DNA from: Octopus vulgaris
Taxonomy: Eukaryota
Direction: 5' to 3'
DNA length: 64,000 bases
NCBI GenBank assembly: GCA_951406725.2
Contig: OX597819.1
Location: 10,106,001-10,170,000 of the forward strand
Both the position numbers and the translations under genes were made by a program. Every line of letters starts with the position of its first letter. Position 1 is the first letter of the stretch. The notes under the pieces were generated by a model, which made no database searches, was not told the origin of the DNA, and saw nothing but the letters and a program-made list of their open reading frames with translations. Below, in pieces: positions 27,258-64,000 of the stretch.

Positions 27258-29952
27258 TCACCCCAGCAGTCAAATAAATTCCCAGAGAACAAATAAATAC
27301 AAAAAATTCTTACAACTTCTCTCTTTTGGTCACAGATTTCTCAGAACATAACTATCAAACAGGGTGACACTCAACTAAATGTAGTTCTTATATCACTCAT
27401 AGCTAATCCACATAATAAATAACTATTCTATTAAATCACACCATTTAAGTCTCTTGTTTCAAATAAGTTACAAAGGATATTTACCCAGCATTCTACATTT
27501 GCTACAATTCACACTGACCGCTCTAACCTACAAACTACTGGTGTTAACATGCAGAGAAAATATCAAACACTATTTCTGGTATGCATGCACAGTGAGATAC
27601 ATACAATTACATATTTCATCTCTTTATCATAAATACGATTATTAAAAGAATAAAGTAATTAAATGAGAAAACCCACACACACAATATTCAGTGAACCTTC
27701 ATTGGATAGAGTCTTGGGTCAATATGAAATTTATTTTAGGGAAGAAATATCTGTTAAAAAATGTTTAAAAAAGCAACCTTAAAATAAAATTAAGTTTTTC
27801 ATTTCAAATCAGTGACCTAAAGAGATAATATCTATTTTTGTTGCACTTATAAAAATTCGATAACAATAATTTTTATTGAACTGGATATTATGAGTAGAAA
27901 ATAAAGAAAAGTACATGATTTTACAAACATTAGAAGAGTTGAAAATTTAAAAACTTAGCCAATCACACAACATAAATAGAAAATTCCAAACAGAACTGTT
28001 ACTACATGCAATTCCCAAACACCAAAGCAACAATGTTTAATACTTTGAAGAAGCAAATGTATTTGTACTGAAAGATGTCCTGTAATAATCAGATTACAAG
28101 GACAACATATCAAGGTAGCATTTGAATCTAGTACAAAGTATCAGAACTTGGTAAAATTGAATTTATTCGTATATGGTCAGAAGCTGTTCAAATCACTTTG
28201 GAGCATTGCATAAATCACGATGAAACATTCTCAGACATTGATTCATATGTACACAGTGTCCTCAATATTTATACACCGATAATAATTGGTATCAATTATA
28301 CAAATCATGCATTTTATTTTACTAATACAATAAATCCAGTCTATGTATTTTTTTTTTTTTTTTAACTAAAACGTTTAAGCAGGCCAAAATTTAATTTATT
28401 TAACTTTTCAATGTAAAAGACAGTTAATAAAAATTTGGATTAAAATTCACATAAAATTTATTTATCAGAAATGGCACTTTTCTGGTATTTTCTGTGTCCT
28501 TGCTGAAATTACAGCAAGCTGAAAACTTCAAATTTCTAAATTATGTTTTAGTTTTAAATTTTTTTTTATTACATTTAAAACAAGATGAAGTCGAATGAGA
28601 AAAACTGCTCACTGTAAAAATTATTGATGTAATGAAAAGGAACTTGGATGGAAAATATATTAGTCTATAAACAAAGCTGTTTCTACAATACATTTCATAC
28701 AAAAATGATAGGCTGTTGAATGGATGTTCTTTTTATAGAAATCAGTTTAGATAGATTCTAGTAAGAGTTAGACCTTACTCAATAATCAATACATAATTGC
28801 AAGCCAACAAGCAATAATACTAAGATCAATTTCAACATATAACATTAAATTTCCCACAATTTCAATTAAAGAAAATATATTTGTGAAGAGGTAATAATTT
28901 ATTGAAGTTATAATCTAAACAAAGTATGTAATTACAACTTCTACAAGATGTGGGATGAAAATTAACTTGTTCATTTGACTTTGATTATATAAAGAGAGAA
29001 ATGTGTAATAGCTAGTGTAATATCTAATGTCTTATTAGAACAATTGTTTTTCTCCTAGCTAACCAGTGAACTGTGAAATAAGCACTAAACCAGGTTGTAT
29101 AGAGATGCAGCATAATGGCTATAATATAGTTTGAAATCATGGTCATATGGTCAGTAGTCTAAGCATGTATTTGTCTATGCATGTATCAAACACAACCATA
29201 CTTCTAGACACATCAAATCTGAACTACCCAGAATATGGATTATGCGAAGTAATTAGTCACTTATAACAAAGGTAGATTGCAGAAATAAACAAATTATGAA
29301 AGTTAATTCTTACTGTCTTCAAATCAAATGAAATTACTAACTTTACTAAATAAAACATAGCAAGACAAATGAACAAACAAAACACAACAGTTATACTTGG
29401 AATACATTTGAGGCATGCAAATCATTAAAAAGTTAGTGTCCATTAAAAAGGTGTGGGGGAATAAAAACAATGGAACTGAACTAAAAAAAAAAAAAAACCA
29501 ATGATAGTAGCATAGCAAAGACAGTTGACAACTGGCAGGAGTGAAATGGTTAAAGGACAATGAGAGGAAGTGATGGGCAGCAGGATGATGAAAAATAATA
29601 AAATGAAATAAAATAAAACCCAAAAGGCATTGTGCTGGCCAAAGTTTACAGTGTAAACTACATATCTATTCGGGGCACAGATTGGGGTCAGAGAGGGAAA
29701 TATACAGAGAGAACACAACAGGAGGGTTCGAGGTGGGTCCCATTTGTCCAACAGTTCTCATATTTGCTCTCACGAAATTGCTGGGATTAATTTGTAACCA
29801 CAAAAATATGTTTTAGTAACATTGTTTCCTCCATTTTTATTTTGACTTTGGGTCATTTTAATATTTTAATAAAATGTAAATAACAAGAGATATTAGAACC
29901 GGGGTGAAAGCAAACTGTTAACCGACAACAAGCTGTTGAACCAGTCATTCAC

Positions 29953-61332
<31,380 letters not shown>

Positions 61333-61591
61333 CTGAAAGAGAATTAGTGTGATGAGACCAAATTTATGAACAGAAATGACATTTATTTCCCTCATCTGTG
61401 TTTTATAAAAGAGGAAGAAGGTAAAGGAGATTAAGTAGACTTTAATTGCATCATTGTTAATTATTATATTAGTATTGAATTAATGAAAGGCAAAGTTAAG
61501 GCAAAGTTAACATGGACTCAAGACAGTAATATAGTAAACTACACAAACTTAAGAATTTTGAATCAAAGAAGGAGCCTCAACATATTTGTTA

Positions 61592-61942
61592 ATCATCATC
61601 ATCATCAGTTAGCGTCCGCTTTCCATGCTAGCATGGGTTGGACGGTTCAACTGGGGTCTGTGAAGCCAGAAGGCTGCACCAGGCCCAGTCTGATCTGGCA
61701 GTGTTTCTTCGGCTGGATGCCCTTCCTAACGCCAACCACTCCGTGAGTGTAGTGGGTGCTTTTTACGTGCCACCTGCACAGCTGCCAGACGGAGCTGGCA
61801 AACGGCCACGAATGGATGGTGCTTTTACGTGACACCGGCATGAGGGCCAGGCGAGGCTGGCAATAGATACGAACGGATGGTGCTTTTACGTGCCACCGGC
61901 ACGGGGGCCAGGAGAGGCTGGCAACGGACACGAGCGGATGGT
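61592..61942 (-). mobile_element. SINE family D
   Basis: (GAT)n tail and internal repeats; TSD gttaat. Confidence 0.88.
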
Positions 61943-62747
61943 TAATATTAGCAAAAATATCACATTTGTCTTAAAAAATGGGAAAAGACATTTGGATAAT
62001 GTAGTCTGTGCTTGAAAATAAATATGAAATGATCACTGCGGGAAGCTTCTGATTCAAGGTCATCTTCGCCCCAGGGCTACAACTCAAATAACTAGCTTAA
62101 CATATTAGCCCGACTATATTTACTGTTCTTATTGTAACTATAAAGATAGTAGGATATCCAGGCATAGAAGTCACATAAAAACAAAAAAAATGCAATGTCT
62201 CCAACTCATCTTGGAGAGCAACAAGTGCAAATAAGAACTGACTTGGACACTGTTGCTTCATCCAGACCAAGTCAGCAATGGGAAGTAAATGTAAAATGGT
62301 GATTTCAAGCCCACTTCAGTGAAAGATTAAGAAGCAAAAATTCAAACCTCAATCTCAACCAATAATCTATCGATTTATTTATTTACTGTTATATAGATTC
62401 TTATTTGTAAACACCTTTTTTTAAAAAACTAACTTCAAAAATAAAAACTATTAAAAGTATTAAAATGGGAAGGTGAAGAAGATCATTAAATATGGTGAGT
62501 AGGTGTGATAAGAAAAAGAAAATTTGTAATCTTTTTCTATCCACATTAATCATAACTTAATGGTGTTTTCTCACATTTTGGTAATCAGTGGTAAGATTTA
62601 AAAAATGACATCAGATTTCTTTACAGATTTATATACATTTTATTCTCTATGGTGAAGCATCTACATGGCTGTTATGTTACCCAAATCATACAAGCAACTG
62701 ATGGAACATCATTAAAAATTGATAAATTAAAACCAATGTTTACTACA

Positions 62748-63135
62748 TAGGCGCAGGAGTGGCTGTGTGGTAAGTAGCTTGCTTACCAACCACATGGTTC
62801 CGGGTTCAGTCCCACTGCGTGGCACCTTGGGCAAGTGTCTTCTACTATAGCCTCGGGCTGACCAATTGTGAGTGGATTTGGTAGACGAAAACTGAAAAAA
62901 GCCCGTTGTATATATGTATATATATATGTGTGTGTGTTTGTGTTTGTCCCCCTAGCATTGCTTGACAACCGATGCTGGTGTGTTTACGTCCCCGTCACTT
63001 AGCGGTTCGGCAAAAGAGACCGATAGAATACTGGGCTTACAAAGAATAAGTCCCGGGGTCGAGTTGCTCGACTAAAGGCGGTGCTCCAGCATGGCCGCAG
63101 TCAAATGACTGAAACAAGTAAAAGAGTAAAGAGAG
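62748..63135 (+). mobile_element. SINE family A (full length, plus strand)
   Basis: A box TGGCTGTGTGG, B box GGTTCAGTCCC, tail (GTAAAAGA)n. Confidence 0.9.
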
Positions 63136-63368
63136 TATATGCTTTTACGTTTTTTTTAACAATTGAAATAATGAGAACAAATAAAGCGTTTTCTCTCCAT
63201 CTTTTATATTTTGCTCAGATTCTGAAGTTTGTATTTCACATTGTAGTATGTAATTCACATAATACAGCCATTTTAATTTGGTTCAAAACAAAGGAAAATA
63301 CTAGCAATATTCTCAGTGTTTTAATTTGCTTTAATGAATCTTGCTAACAATTAAAAGCTCTATGTTCT

Positions 63369-63596
63369 TTAACCCTTCCGTTACTAACCCGGCTGAAACC
63401 GGCTCTGGCTCTGAGTACAAATTTATTGTTTTCATAAGTTTTGAATTAAAATCTTCCACCAAACCCTAGCCACAATTTATGTTCCTAACACTAGCTTAAT
63501 GAGAACTAAGTTATTTTACTAAATTCTTTGTTATATTTAAAGTAATTGAGAGAAACACAAAGCCTCTTAAAATAAATACGGTAATGAAAGGGTTAA
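63369..63596 (-). mobile_element. piggyBac-type TTAA MITE, family 1
   Basis: TIRs and TTAA TSD, reverse orientation. Confidence 0.88.
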
Positions 63597-64000
63597 GGTG
63601 TAATACCACATATTCATGTAAAGTGCAAATTATGTTAAAGTTATATTAATACTGCCGCTACCTTTTTTCTTGTTTCATTCACATACCCCTTGCTTAGAAC
63701 CACATTCCATCTTATTCACTCATGTTCCACCCACCCTATCCTATCAAACTCACACTCCTACATCATCCCAGCCAATTCCTCATATCTAAAAACATGTATC
63801 CCCAGCATCCCTCTACCTTACTAATTCCTACTAGGCTGACTCTCATGTAATGTTTCTCCCTCTATTTCATCCTATTCTTTTACTCATTCTATCACATTCA
63901 ATTAAACTTAATACATTTCATTCAGTCTTCCCAAATAAACCCCTACCAGGTCCCTGTGACAACTTTAATCTGTGATAAATCCCAGTTAGATTAGTGACAT

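Noticed and set aside
26433-27292. Long ORFs of 145-266 aa (YI/CV repeats)
   Set aside because: Translations of a (TA/TACA)n microsatellite; the same applies to 13945-14285 and the ER-repeat ORFs at 60732-61131.

Overview
AT-rich, repeat-dense metazoan DNA. The SINE, MITE and microsatellite content points to a coleoid cephalopod, most likely Octopus (inference). The window appears to lie within one large minus-strand gene, a p190 Rho GTPase-activating protein (ARHGAP35/ARHGAP5/RhoGAPp190 family). Nine phase-compatible exons at 61332->36876 encode the end of the FF region, pseudoGTPases pG1 and pG2 and the proline-rich linker. They are followed by smaller, often symmetric candidate cassette exons, including a 24-nt microexon. 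The N-terminal GTPase/FF domains and the C-terminal RhoGAP domain are not seen and presumably lie outside the window. The introns hold four SINE families, three CR1-group LINE relics, an RTE fragment, a dead mariner, a non-autonomous Helitron, three ~221-bp TTAA (piggyBac-type) MITE families and long microsatellites. The most notable observations are: a type I hammerhead-ribozyme motif in sense orientation inside a perfect 49-bp inverted repeat (32301-32353); a microexon/cassette-exon cluster in the p190 linker; a 3' stem-loop tail shared, with compensatory changes, by a SINE and two LINEs; several local fold-back duplications; and a 56-bp target-site duplication. All coordinates were read by eye and no database searches were run.
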